Assembly (NCBI GenBank): GCA_028707055.1
Contig: JAQTVA010000002.1
Location: forward strand, 1-36,366
Origin: Candidatus Bipolaricaulis sp.
GTDB lineage: Bacteria > Bipolaricaulota > Bipolaricaulia > UBA7950 > UBA9294
Reading direction: 5' to 3'
DNA: 36,366 nucleotides
Shown here: piece after piece, positions 25,931 through 33,431 of the stretch
Position numbering within the stretch: the stretch's first letter is position 1
Layout of the letters: each line of letters opens with the position of its first letter
Made by a program: the position numbers and the translations under genes
Notes under the pieces: model-generated
Database searches by the model: none
Told to the model about the DNA's origin: nothing
The model's input: the letters and a program-made list of their open reading frames with translations, nothing else

Positions 25931-26003
25931 GGGCGAATAGCTCAGCTGGGAGAGCATTCGGGTCACATCCGAAAGGCCGCAGGTTCGAGCCCTGCTTCGC
26001 CCA
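25931..26003 (+). tRNA. tRNA-Val (anticodon CAC).
   Basis: GGGCGAATAGCTCAGCTGGGAGAGCATTCGGGTCACATCCGAAAGGCCGCAGGTTCGAGCCCTGCTTCGCCCA. It forms a complete cloverleaf with anticodon loop GT-CAC-AT. CCA is not encoded. Confidence 0.95.
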
Positions 26004-26007
26004 CAGC

Positions 26008-26040
26008 GGCGGGCCTCCATGGCTCGCCGTCTTCTTTTCT
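26008..26040 (+). terminator. Intrinsic terminator after tRNA-Val.
   Basis: GGCGGGCC-tccat-GGCTCGCC (8-bp stem with one G:U) followed by GTCTTCTTTTCT. Confidence 0.55.
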
Positions 26041-26049
26041 GGGAGGGGT

Positions 26050-27054
26050 ATGCGGTCGCTTGTGACGGGGGGTACGGGGTTCATCGGCGCCAACGTGGTC
26101 CGGGCACTCCTGAGGCGCGGAGACGAGGTTCGTGTTCTGGCGCGGCCGGAGTCAGATGGCGCGAATCTGCGAGGGCTTGCCGTAGACGTCGTCCACGGCG
26201 ATCTGGGCGATCGGACCTCACTTCGCGCCGCCGTGGCCTCGTGCGATCGCGTGTTCCACGTCGGCGCGCTCTATTCCTTCTGGGTCCGTGACCCTGACCT
26301 CATCTACGAGGTGAACGTTGAGGGAACGCGCAACGTGCTCGCTGCCGCCGAAGAGGGCGGGGTGAAACGTATTGTGGTCACGAGTTCCGTGGCGGCGCTG
26401 GCCGTACCTCGCAAGGGCGAGGTCGTGACCGAGGATGTACCGGCGGATCCGTCACGGATCCTCGGCGCGTACAAGCGGAGCAAGTACCTCGCCGAGCAGG
26501 TGGCGCTCGAGGCGGCTGGCCGCGGCGTTCCCGTGGTGATCGTGAATCCTTCGTTCCCCGTGGGACCGTGGGACGCCAAGCCCACCCCCACCGGGCGCGT
26601 CGTCGTCGACTTCCTGAACCGACGGATGCCGGCGTACATCGAGACGGGGATGAATGTGGTGGCCGTCGAAGACGTGGCGGAAGGACACCTCTTGGCCGCG
26701 GAACGAGGGCGGATCGGTCAGCGGTACATCCTCGGTGGCGAGAACATGACGATGCGGCGGCTGCTCGAGATCCTGGCTGGTGTCAGCGGCCTTCCCGCCC
26801 CGCGGATTCGCGTTCCATACGGGCCGATCCTCGCTTTGTCGTACGCCAACGTCGCGGCGTGCCGCGTTACGGGTCGGACGCCGCGGATGACGCCGGACAC
26901 GATCCGAATGTCGCGGCACGCGATGTACTACGACTCCGGGAAGGCGCAGCGCGAACTGGGACTGCCTTCGACGCCGATCGCCGAGGCCCTGCGACGCGCT
27001 GTGGCGTGGTTCACGGAGAACGGATATGTGCGCCCTGGGATCCGGACCCGCTAG
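26050..27054 (+). CDS. NAD-dependent epimerase/dehydratase, hopanoid-associated sugar epimerase (HpnA)-like / dihydroflavonol reductase-like SDR.
   Basis: VTGGTGFIGANVV (Rossmann), YKRSK (YxxxK), PVVIVNPSFPVGPWDAKPTPTGRVV, and NVVAVEDVAEGHLLAAERGRIGQRYILGGEN. GGAGGGG precedes ATG 26050. Confidence 0.85.
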   Translation: MRSLVTGGTGFIGANVVRALLRRGDEVRVLARPESDGANLRGLAVDVVHGDLGDRTSLRAAVASCDRVFHVGALYSFWVRDPDLIYEVNVEGTRNVLAAAEEGGVKRIVVTSSVAALAVPRKGEVVTEDVPADPSRILGAYKRSKYLAEQVALEAAGRGVPVVIVNPSFPVGPWDAKPTPTGRVVVDFLNRRMPAYIETGMNVVAVEDVAEGHLLAAERGRIGQRYILGGENMTMRRLLEILAGVSGLPAPRIRVPYGPILALSYANVAACRVTGRTPRMTPDTIRMSRHAMYYDSGKAQRELGLPSTPIAEALRRAVAWFTENGYVRPGIRTR

Positions 27055-28136
27055 CGGCCCGGGATCCGTCCCGAGATCAGCAGGTCCCCGCCAATCCACT
27101 CCGCGGTCGGATCGATGAGGCGCGGCGCATCCGCGACGCGGTCGACGCCGAGTCCTCCGATCGCGGGCACGGCGTCGTGGCCTCCAATCAGGAGCGGCGC
27201 GACGAAAAACGAAACCCGGTCGACGAGGCCGGCGGCGAGAAAGGAAGCCGCCGTCTCTCCCCCTCCCTCGATGAGGATCGAGTCGAGGCCGTCCTCGCCG
27301 ACACGGCGGAGGAGAGCCGAGAGGTCGATGCCTCCGCCGACGCTCGGCAACTCCCACACGCGGCACCCGGCGCGTTCGAGCGCGCTGCGGCGCTCGGGTG
27401 GCGCGGCGGCGGCGGCGACGATGGGAGACCGGCCGGCGCCGAGGAGGCGTGCCGTCGCCGGGAGGCGAGCGGAGGCATCGAGGACGATGGGGGTTGGGCT
27501 CCTTCCGAACACGTGACGGACGTCGAGCCGCGGGTCGTCAGACAGCGCCGTTCCGATTCCGACCAAGATCGCCGCGTGGCGGCGACGAAGGCGGTGCGCG
27601 CGGACGCGCGACGCTTCGCCGGTGATCCAACGCGCATCGCCGCTCCGCGTCGCGATCCTTCCGTCCAGGCTCGTGGCGAGCTTCAGGTGGACGAAAGGAA
27701 GGCCGGTCGTGATGTACTTCCGGAAGATCTCGGTCTGCCGGAGCGCCGCTTCGCTCTCCACACCCTCCGTGACCTCGACTCCCGCGGCGCGCAGCGTGGC
27801 CAAACCCTGCCCGGAAATGGCGGGGTTGGGGTCGACGGTCGCGACGACCACGCGGCGAACGCCGGCCGCGAGGATGCGATCGGTGCACGGCGGCGTCTTT
27901 CCGAAGTGACAGCAGGGTTCGAGGGTGACATACAGGGTCGCCCCGCGGGCCTCATCCCCGGCCTCGTCAAGCGCGTGGATCTCCGCGTGGGGGCCGCCGA
28001 ATCGGCGATGGTAGCCTCGCCCGACGATGCGGCCGTCGTGCACGACGACCGCTCCGACGAGGGGGTTCGGGTTGACGTCTCCTTCGCCGAGCTCCGCCAG
28101 GTCGATGGCGAGCTTCATCCACTCCTGGTCTGTCAC
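27051..28136 (-). CDS. ribD: Bifunctional riboflavin biosynthesis protein RibD (pyrimidine deaminase / uracil reductase).
   Basis: NPNPLVGAVVV, HAEIHAL, TLEPCCHFGKTPPC, plus a C-terminal reductase domain. Confidence 0.93.
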   Translation of the reverse strand: MTDQEWMKLAIDLAELGEGDVNPNPLVGAVVVHDGRIVGRGYHRRFGGPHAEIHALDEAGDEARGATLYVTLEPCCHFGKTPPCTDRILAAGVRRVVVATVDPNPAISGQGLATLRAAGVEVTEGVESEAALRQTEIFRKYITTGLPFVHLKLATSLDGRIATRSGDARWITGEASRVRAHRLRRRHAAILVGIGTALSDDPRLDVRHVFGRSPTPIVLDASARLPATARLLGAGRSPIVAAAAAPPERRSALERAGCRVWELPSVGGGIDLSALLRRVGEDGLDSILIEGGGETAASFLAAGLVDRVSFFVAPLLIGGHDAVPAIGGLGVDRVADAPRLIDPTAEWIGGDLLISGRIPGR

Positions 28137-28774
28137 CGCGCCGCCTCGAGCAAGGCCCTCATCGCCTGGATCCGGTCCTTGGCGCCGAACACGGCGGAGC
28201 CGGCGATGATCACCTCGGCGCCGGCGCGAACCACATCGCGGACGTTCCCTGCATGGATCCCGCCGTCGACGGCGACGGCGATGGGACGCGTTCCGATCCG
28301 CTCTGCGAGAACCCGGATGCGAGGAAGGGCGTCCGAAGAGAAGGATTGGCCTCCGAACCCTGGCTCCACGCTCATGACGAGCACCATCGCGACGCGGTCG
28401 AGGTAAGGGTCGAGGCGGGCGATCGGAGTGGCCGGACGGAGGGAGATCCCGGCGCGCGCCGGGGTCTCCGCGATCGCGTCGAGGGCCTCATCGGCGCCGT
28501 CGGCGGTCTCGACGTGAAAGACGATCGTGTCGCTCGGCCGAACGTCGAACTGGGGCGCATACTCGGCGGGGTGGTCGATCATCAGGTGGATGACGAACGG
28601 GAGGTCGATCCGCTTTCGTAGGGCGTTGACCACCGGCGGGCCGAACGTGAGGTTCGGCACGAAGTGGCCGTCCATCACGTCCCAGTGAAGGCTTGAGGCG
28701 AGTGACGCGACGGACGTCGCCTCGCGGTACAGGTCCGCGAAGTCAGCGGCGAGAAGAGACGGTGAGAGCTTCAT
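28133..28774 (-). CDS. rpe: Ribulose-phosphate 3-epimerase.
   Basis: SPSLLAADFADL, LHWDVMDGHFVPNLTFG, MSVEPGFGGQSF, VDGGI. There are 4-nt overlaps with both neighbouring genes. Confidence 0.93.
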   Translation of the reverse strand: MKLSPSLLAADFADLYREATSVASLASSLHWDVMDGHFVPNLTFGPPVVNALRKRIDLPFVIHLMIDHPAEYAPQFDVRPSDTIVFHVETADGADEALDAIAETPARAGISLRPATPIARLDPYLDRVAMVLVMSVEPGFGGQSFSSDALPRIRVLAERIGTRPIAVAVDGGIHAGNVRDVVRAGAEVIIAGSAVFGAKDRIQAMRALLEAAR

Positions 28775-29448
28775 CGGCGGCGGCTGTTCGCCAACAAGAG
28801 GAGCCGGACGAGCTGGAGGGCCGCCATGGCCGCTGCGGCGACGTAGGTCAGCGCGGCGGCGGAGAGCACTTGCTTGACCGCGCCGAGCTCCTCGGTGGTC
28901 ACGACCCCGGACAGCTCGAGCGCACGGACGGCGCGGCGACTGGCGTTGAACTCGACGGGCAGGGTGACGAGCGTGAACAGGACAGCAGCCGAGAACAGGA
29001 CGATGCCGACGGTCATGAGGATCGGAAGCTGCGTGAAGAGCCCGACGAGGAAGAGGGGCATGGCAAGCTGCGACCCGAAGTTCGCAACCGGGACAAGGAC
29101 CGAACGAAGCGCCAACGGTGCGTACTTCTTCGCGTGCTGGATCGCGTGGCCGGCCTCGTGGGCGGCCACGCCGATCGCCGCGACCGAACTCGACTGCGGA
29201 GCCGAGAGCCGCAAGACCTTCTTCCGCGGATCGTAGTGGTCGCCGAGCTTCCGATCGACCGACTCAAAGCTGACATCCTGGACGTACTCGGCGTTGAGGA
29301 TGCGCCGCGCGACCTCTTCGGCCGTCGTTCGGCGGGCCACATCCACGGCCGCGTACCGGCTGTATGTCGATTGGACCTTCCACTGGGCGTACGCCGCGAG
29401 GGCGAGCGCCGGCAGGAGGATCAGAAGACTCGTGTAGTCGAACATCAT
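28771..29448 (-). CDS. Membrane zinc metallopeptidase (Zn_peptidase_2 / YugP-like family).
   Basis: N-terminal TM segment, DHYDPRKKVLRLS, HEAGHAIQH (HExxH), and C-terminal TM helices. GAGGAGGGG lies upstream of ATG 29448. Confidence 0.85.
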   Translation of the reverse strand: MMFDYTSLLILLPALALAAYAQWKVQSTYSRYAAVDVARRTTAEEVARRILNAEYVQDVSFESVDRKLGDHYDPRKKVLRLSAPQSSSVAAIGVAAHEAGHAIQHAKKYAPLALRSVLVPVANFGSQLAMPLFLVGLFTQLPILMTVGIVLFSAAVLFTLVTLPVEFNASRRAVRALELSGVVTTEELGAVKQVLSAAALTYVAAAAMAALQLVRLLLLANSRRR

Positions 29449-29489
29449 GGCGATCCCCTCCTCATGGGCTCAAGGTCCGTCCGAGAGCG

Positions 29490-29519
29490 GAGTATACGGT
29501 GGGTCCAAACGTTCGGCAA
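29490..29519 (-). promoter_or_regulatory. Possible promoter of the peptidase-rpe-ribD operon (TTGCCG - 18 nt - TATACT).
   Basis: On the minus strand: TTGCCG (29519-29514), an 18-nt spacer, then TATACT (29495-29490), about 40 nt upstream of ATG 29448. Confidence 0.35.
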
Positions 29520-29573
29520 CCACGAAGGCGTCGGCGTCTCGGCCATCGCTGCGGGGCGGCGAGCCTTGAAGGG

Positions 29574-29912
29574 GAGGAGAGGGTCGATAAGCCGGATTCT
29601 GTCGTGGGGAGACATTCATCTCGGCGGCCTACCCGAAGGCTTGAGCGGGCCGCTCTCAAGCGCCTTCTTACTTGGCCTTGCTCCGACCAGGGTTTACCGA
29701 GCCGGCCCGGTCGCCCGGGCCGCTGGTGGTCTCTTACACCACCGTTTCACCCTTGCCTGTTCCCGCGTGAGGCGGGTCATCGGCGGTCTGCTCTCTGTTG
29801 CACTGTCCCAAGGTCGCCCCTGCTGAGATCTCCTCAGTGGTCTGCCCTATGGAGTCCGGACTTTCCTCCAGTCGCCGGAAGCGGCGGCCGGCGTCTCCCT
29901 GACCCTCTCCTC
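29574..29912 (-). ncRNA. rnpB: RNase P RNA, bacterial type A.
   Basis: The reverse complement contains GGAGGAAAGTCCGGACTCCATAGGGCAG and CAGTGCAACAGAGAGCAGACCGCC. It also contains GGCAAGGGTGAAACGGTGGTGTAAGAGACCACCAGCG and GGTAAACCCTGGTCGGAGCAAGGCCAAGTAAG. The last block is GAGATGAATGTCTCCCCACGACAGAATCCGGCTTATCGACC. P4 strands AAGTCCGG and CCGGCTT are present, and P1 can form GAGGAGAGGGTC/GACCCTCTCCTC. Ends are accurate to about 5 nt. Confidence 0.9.
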
Positions 29913-30622
29913 TATCGCTGACGGCGGAAGCCGCATCGACGGCAGGAGTATACCGTGCCGCGTCCCCCGGGAAAGCCTGTCGACCGCCCGGCCCGGAGGA
30001 TGGACCCACAGCGCGGACAGATGCGACGGTGGATGAGAAGCACGAGGGCAGCGGTCGCAGCCACGACCAGGACGACAGAGACGGCGGGCGGGAGGGCACG
30101 CGGCCGTGGTGTGGCCCCTACCCTTGCCGGCGTCTCCTTGACGGGGCGCTTGATCTCATCCAGTCCGTCGAACAGGGCCAGCATCGCTTCCTCGACGCGC
30201 TTGTGCAGGACGAGGTCCGCGATGCGCCGCTCCAGCGAATCGGCGATCGCCCCGTACTGCGAGCGCGTCGATGCGCTCGCAACCACGCTTGCCGACCAGT
30301 CGCCGCGGGTCCGAAGGAAGACGGCGAGCAGCGATCGGCTCGATCCGAGGCCCCAGGCCGAGAACACCGCGTTGGCGAAGCTCTCGACATCGGGCAGAGG
30401 GCTCTCCCAGCTCGCGAGGATATACACCTTGATCCCGAGCGTTCTCTCCGTCTGCTCGGTCCGGGCGTTGATCGCTTCGCGTCCGCTGTGGTCGAGCACC
30501 GCGCCGTAGTCCGAGAGGAGACCGATCGGGCGGGGAATGCCGTCGGCGGCGGAACAGGAGGTCGAGAGAACGGCCAGGATCAGTCCGAAGAGAGGTAGAG
30601 GATGCGAGAGCAGTGTTCGCAC
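29912..30622 (-). CDS. TPM-domain (TLP18.3/Psb32/MOLO-1-type) protein with a TM helix and a C-terminal C4 zinc-ribbon tail.
   Basis: Signal/lipoprotein-like N-terminus. TPM pattern LSDYGAVLD...LGIKVYILASWES..VESFANAVFSAWGLG..SLLAVFL. TM segment AVSVVLVVAATAALVLLI. Tail CPRCG...CRRCG. GTG start at 30622. Confidence 0.75.
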   Translation of the reverse strand: MRTLLSHPLPLFGLILAVLSTSCSAADGIPRPIGLLSDYGAVLDHSGREAINARTEQTERTLGIKVYILASWESPLPDVESFANAVFSAWGLGSSRSLLAVFLRTRGDWSASVVASASTRSQYGAIADSLERRIADLVLHKRVEEAMLALFDGLDEIKRPVKETPARVGATPRPRALPPAVSVVLVVAATAALVLLIHRRICPRCGSILRAGRSTGFPGGRGTVYSCRRCGFRRQR

Positions 30623-31287
30623 GTGACGATCCCCATGCCTCCGCGGACCCGTTCCGCGGTGTTGCCGCTCACGCGGAGCTTGCAGCCGCTGCAGGTTCCA
30701 TGATCGAGGGTGGCAATGGGGTTCGGGAACTTCGACCGCAGGGCGCTGTACTGCGCGAGCAGGTACGCGGGAGCCGCGACCAGGTGCCCCTCCCGCTCGG
30801 CGGCGACGGCGGCGACGTGGGCGAGAGCGGCCTCGATTTGCCGGTCGACCTCGGCGATCTGGGCGCGCAGGGCGTCCTCTCTCCCGCCAAGCTCGTCGCG
30901 GGCACTCGAGAGGTCGGCTCGCGCTCCCTCGAGTGACTCCATGCCGTCGAGGGCTTCATCCTCCAACTGGCTGATGCGGGCCTTCTCGAGATCGATCTTC
31001 GTCCGGAGGTCCTCCATCTCCTTGAACGAGATGATCCCCTCGTCCAGGCGCTTCTGGTAGCCGCGGATGTTCATGTCGAGGTTGTCGACCTCGAGGTTCT
31101 TGGAGTGGCTTTCGATCTCCATCTGCCGCAAGCGATCCGCGAGCGCGGAAACGCTGGCCCGCTCTCGATCGATCCGCTCCTCGAGCTGTTGCCGGTGCGC
31201 CCGCAAGCGATCGACGTGCGAGGATGCGTCGTGGAGCGTCTGGTCGACGCGTTGGACGTTGAGCAGCTGTTCGATTTCGCCGAGCAC
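30580..31287 (-). CDS. Coiled-coil protein with C-terminal C4 zinc ribbon (COG1579 family).
   Basis: A long heptad-rich region is followed by HGTCSGCKLRVS....VTCEHCSRILY. GTG 31287 has GAGGGGG upstream. The alternative TTG 31350 is the track start. Confidence 0.8.
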   Translation of the reverse strand: MLGEIEQLLNVQRVDQTLHDASSHVDRLRAHRQQLEERIDRERASVSALADRLRQMEIESHSKNLEVDNLDMNIRGYQKRLDEGIISFKEMEDLRTKIDLEKARISQLEDEALDGMESLEGARADLSSARDELGGREDALRAQIAEVDRQIEAALAHVAAVAAEREGHLVAAPAYLLAQYSALRSKFPNPIATLDHGTCSGCKLRVSGNTAERVRGGMGIVTCEHCSRILYLSSD

Positions 31288-31364
31288 GGTCCCCCTCGCG
31301 GTCTGAATGGCCTGTCGCCCACTATAGGCGACGGCAGGGGGGGAGCGCAAGAGACGGTTGTCCC

Positions 31365-31694
31365 CTAGAGACCGAGCATTCCCGGCATTCCGCCCATGCC
31401 TTGAGCCAGGGGGCCGAGCTTCTCCTGGCTGACCTCCTCGGCCTTACGTTGGGCCTCTTGGACGGCGGCCACGATGAGGTCGGCCAGCATTTCGATGTCC
31501 TCGGGATCGACGATCTCTTTTTCGAGCTTCAGCTGCTGCAGCTCGCCGCGGCCGCTCACCGTGGCCGTGACCATGCCCCCTCCGGCGGTCGCTTCGACCT
31601 TCAGCTGTGCGATCTCAGCCTGGGCGCGCTCAAGGTCTTCCTGGAGCTTCTTGGCCTGTTTCATCAGGCTTCCAAGGTTGGCCAGGTTGCCCAT
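31365..31694 (-). CDS. ybaB: Nucleoid-associated protein YbaB/EbfC.
   Basis: MGNLANLGSLMKQAKKLQEDLERAQAEIAQLKVEATAGGGMVTATVSGRGELQQLKLEKEIVDPEDIEMLADLIVAAVQEA. ATG 31694 lies 5 nt after the dnaX stop. Confidence 0.9.
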   Translation of the reverse strand: MGNLANLGSLMKQAKKLQEDLERAQAEIAQLKVEATAGGGMVTATVSGRGELQQLKLEKEIVDPEDIEMLADLIVAAVQEAQRKAEEVSQEKLGPLAQGMGGMPGMLGL

Positions 31695-31699
31695 TCCTT

Positions 31700-33295
31700 T
31701 CACAGTGCCTCCTTCACGATCTTCCCGTCGAACACCTCGCACACGAGTCGTGCTTTCTCGAGCAGAGCGTCGCGCGGTAGGGGCTTGCGGATGACGTTCT
31801 CGTCGAACTGAACCTCCACGTAGAACGCGTCGCCGAAGTGCCGGCGCGCGGTCCCGGCGAGATACTGGAGGTTCTCGTGCTTCTCGAGGCTCTCCTTGTG
31901 GAAGGTGTGTTCAGGATGGAACGACAGCACCAGCCGCGCACCGTCCACGGAAGGGGTCGCCTCGGTCAGGTACGCGGCGACCGCAATACGGTCCTTTTCG
32001 ACCTCGTGGAGCATCGCCGTCCAGCGCGCCTCGAGCTCCGGCGGCAGCGTGGGCGTGGCGGCCGGAGGCGTCGACTCGCTCTCGACGGACAGAGCCCTCT
32101 TCGAGGTCGCAGCCGGGCGCGGCTTCTCGTGCGGCTGCGCAGGAACGGGAGCGGTTGCGGAGGCCGAGGTCGTCCCGGAGCGCGGGACGGCGGCCTTCTT
32201 TGGGGTCACCGCCGAGCGCGCCGGACGGTCCGTCGGCTCGTGCGGGGTCGTCGCGGGAAGAGAGGTGGCGAGCGATTCGATCAGCGCCAGGACGCCGACT
32301 TCGAGCCGGATCTGGCGATCGAGGGCGCGGAACAGGTCGGCCTTGACGTCGAGCAGTCCTTGCGCCATCCGTACAGCGGCGGGGGCGCTCGCGCCGCCCT
32401 GGAGGATCCGCTCGCGCAGGAGCCCGACGACGTCGGCGAGGAACAAGTCCAGGTCCTTCCCGCGCTCGACGAGGGTTTCGGTCGTCGCGAGGACGGCGGC
32501 CCGGTCCGCGGCCTCGAGCGCCGTCACGAAGGCCTCGTGGGTGTCGCGACCGGCGAGGCCGAGCATGTCGAGCACGGCGGCTTCTGTGATCGGGCCGGCC
32601 TCGTGACTGGCCGCCTGCTCGAGCATGACCAGCGCGTCGCGCATCCCGCCGTTGGCTCGGCGCGCGATCAGGTCGCACGCGCCGTCCTCCAGCGTGATCC
32701 CCTCCGCCTCCGACACCCGCCGGAGGTGGCCGCAGATCTTGTCGATCGGGAGGCGACGGAACTCGAACGCCTGGCAGCGCGAAACGATGGTTCGCGGCAG
32801 CTTGTGGGGCTCCGTCGTGGCGAAGACGAACATCGCGTGGGCCGGCGGCTCCTCGAGGGTCTTGAGAAGCGCGTTGAACGCTTCGTTCGTCAGCATGTGG
32901 ACTTCGTCGATGATGTAGACCTTCATACGGAGGTCGGCAGGGACGAAGTTCACTTCCTCGCGCAGCTTGCGGATGTGGTCGATCCCCCGATTCGATGCGC
33001 CGTCGATCTCCACGATGTCCAGGGATCGCCCCGAGAGGATGGTGCGGCAGTTGGCGCACTCATTGCACGGCTCGCCGGACCGGGGTTGGAGGCAGTTGAC
33101 CGCTCGGGAGAGGATGCGGGCTACCGACGTCTTGCCGACGCCCCGCTCGCCGGCGAAAAGGTAGGCGTGAGCCGCCTCCTGCGCGACCACAGCGTTGCGC
33201 AGGGTGCGGACGACGTCCTCCTGTCCGACGACCTCGGCAAACGTCTGGGAGCGCCAGCGGCGGTACAGCGAGAGGTGGGGCGACGACTCCGTCAC
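31700..33295 (-). CDS. dnaX: DNA polymerase III subunit gamma/tau.
   Basis: YRRWRSQTFAEVVGQE, Walker A GERGVGKTS, zinc module CLQPRSGEPCNECANC, IIDEVHMLT and SRCQAFEF. GTG 33295 has AAGGGGG upstream. The 30-codon extension in the track ORF overlaps tRNA-Pro and is rejected. Confidence 0.93.
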   Translation of the reverse strand: MTESSPHLSLYRRWRSQTFAEVVGQEDVVRTLRNAVVAQEAAHAYLFAGERGVGKTSVARILSRAVNCLQPRSGEPCNECANCRTILSGRSLDIVEIDGASNRGIDHIRKLREEVNFVPADLRMKVYIIDEVHMLTNEAFNALLKTLEEPPAHAMFVFATTEPHKLPRTIVSRCQAFEFRRLPIDKICGHLRRVSEAEGITLEDGACDLIARRANGGMRDALVMLEQAASHEAGPITEAAVLDMLGLAGRDTHEAFVTALEAADRAAVLATTETLVERGKDLDLFLADVVGLLRERILQGGASAPAAVRMAQGLLDVKADLFRALDRQIRLEVGVLALIESLATSLPATTPHEPTDRPARSAVTPKKAAVPRSGTTSASATAPVPAQPHEKPRPAATSKRALSVESESTPPAATPTLPPELEARWTAMLHEVEKDRIAVAAYLTEATPSVDGARLVLSFHPEHTFHKESLEKHENLQYLAGTARRHFGDAFYVEVQFDENVIRKPLPRDALLEKARLVCEVFDGKIVKEAL

Positions 33296-33317
33296 GACAG
33301 AACCCCCTTCGAGCGAC

Positions 33318-33391
33318 TCGGGGAGACTGGATTTGAACCAGCGGCTTCCTGCTCCCAAAGCAGGCGCGCTACCAGGCTGCGCCACTCCCCG
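33318..33391 (-). tRNA. tRNA-Pro (anticodon TGG).
   Basis: The reverse complement is CGGGGAGTGGCGCAGCCTGGTAGCGCGCCTGCTTTGGGAGCAGGAAGCCGCTGGTTCAAATCCAGTCTCCCCGA. It folds as a full cloverleaf with loop TT-TGG-GA and G37. CCA is not encoded. Confidence 0.95.
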
Positions 33392-33402
33392 GACCTGGTG
33401 TG

Positions 33403-33431
33403 ATTATAGGGACGCCGTTTCGGGCATTCAA
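33403..33431 (-). promoter_or_regulatory. Near-consensus sigma70 promoter of tRNA-Pro, and probably of dnaX-ybaB (TTGAAT - 17 nt - TATAAT).
   Basis: On the minus strand: TTGAAT (33431-33426), a 17-nt spacer, then TATAAT (33408-33403), 11 nt before the tRNA 5' end. The -35 box overlaps the stop codon of the upstream vWA gene. Confidence 0.6.

Noticed and set aside
25031-26020. A 329-aa minus-strand ORF spanning the rng 3' end, the tandem units and tRNA-Val.
   Set aside because: It reads through a tRNA gene and a tandem repeat, which produces the repeated SPSSTYKAIGEAIRP strings. It is antisense to rng and has no RBS.
27051-27054. Convergent hpnA-like and ribD genes share overlapping stop codons in the palindrome CTAG.
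   Set aside because: The overlap is real but is probably a trivial consequence of compact gene packing. No further structure was seen.
31700-33295. Programmed -1 frameshift site in dnaX that would produce the gamma subunit.
   Set aside because: I found no A-AAA-AAG-type slippery heptamer on the coding strand when reading the gene. This cannot be asserted either way without a proper scan.
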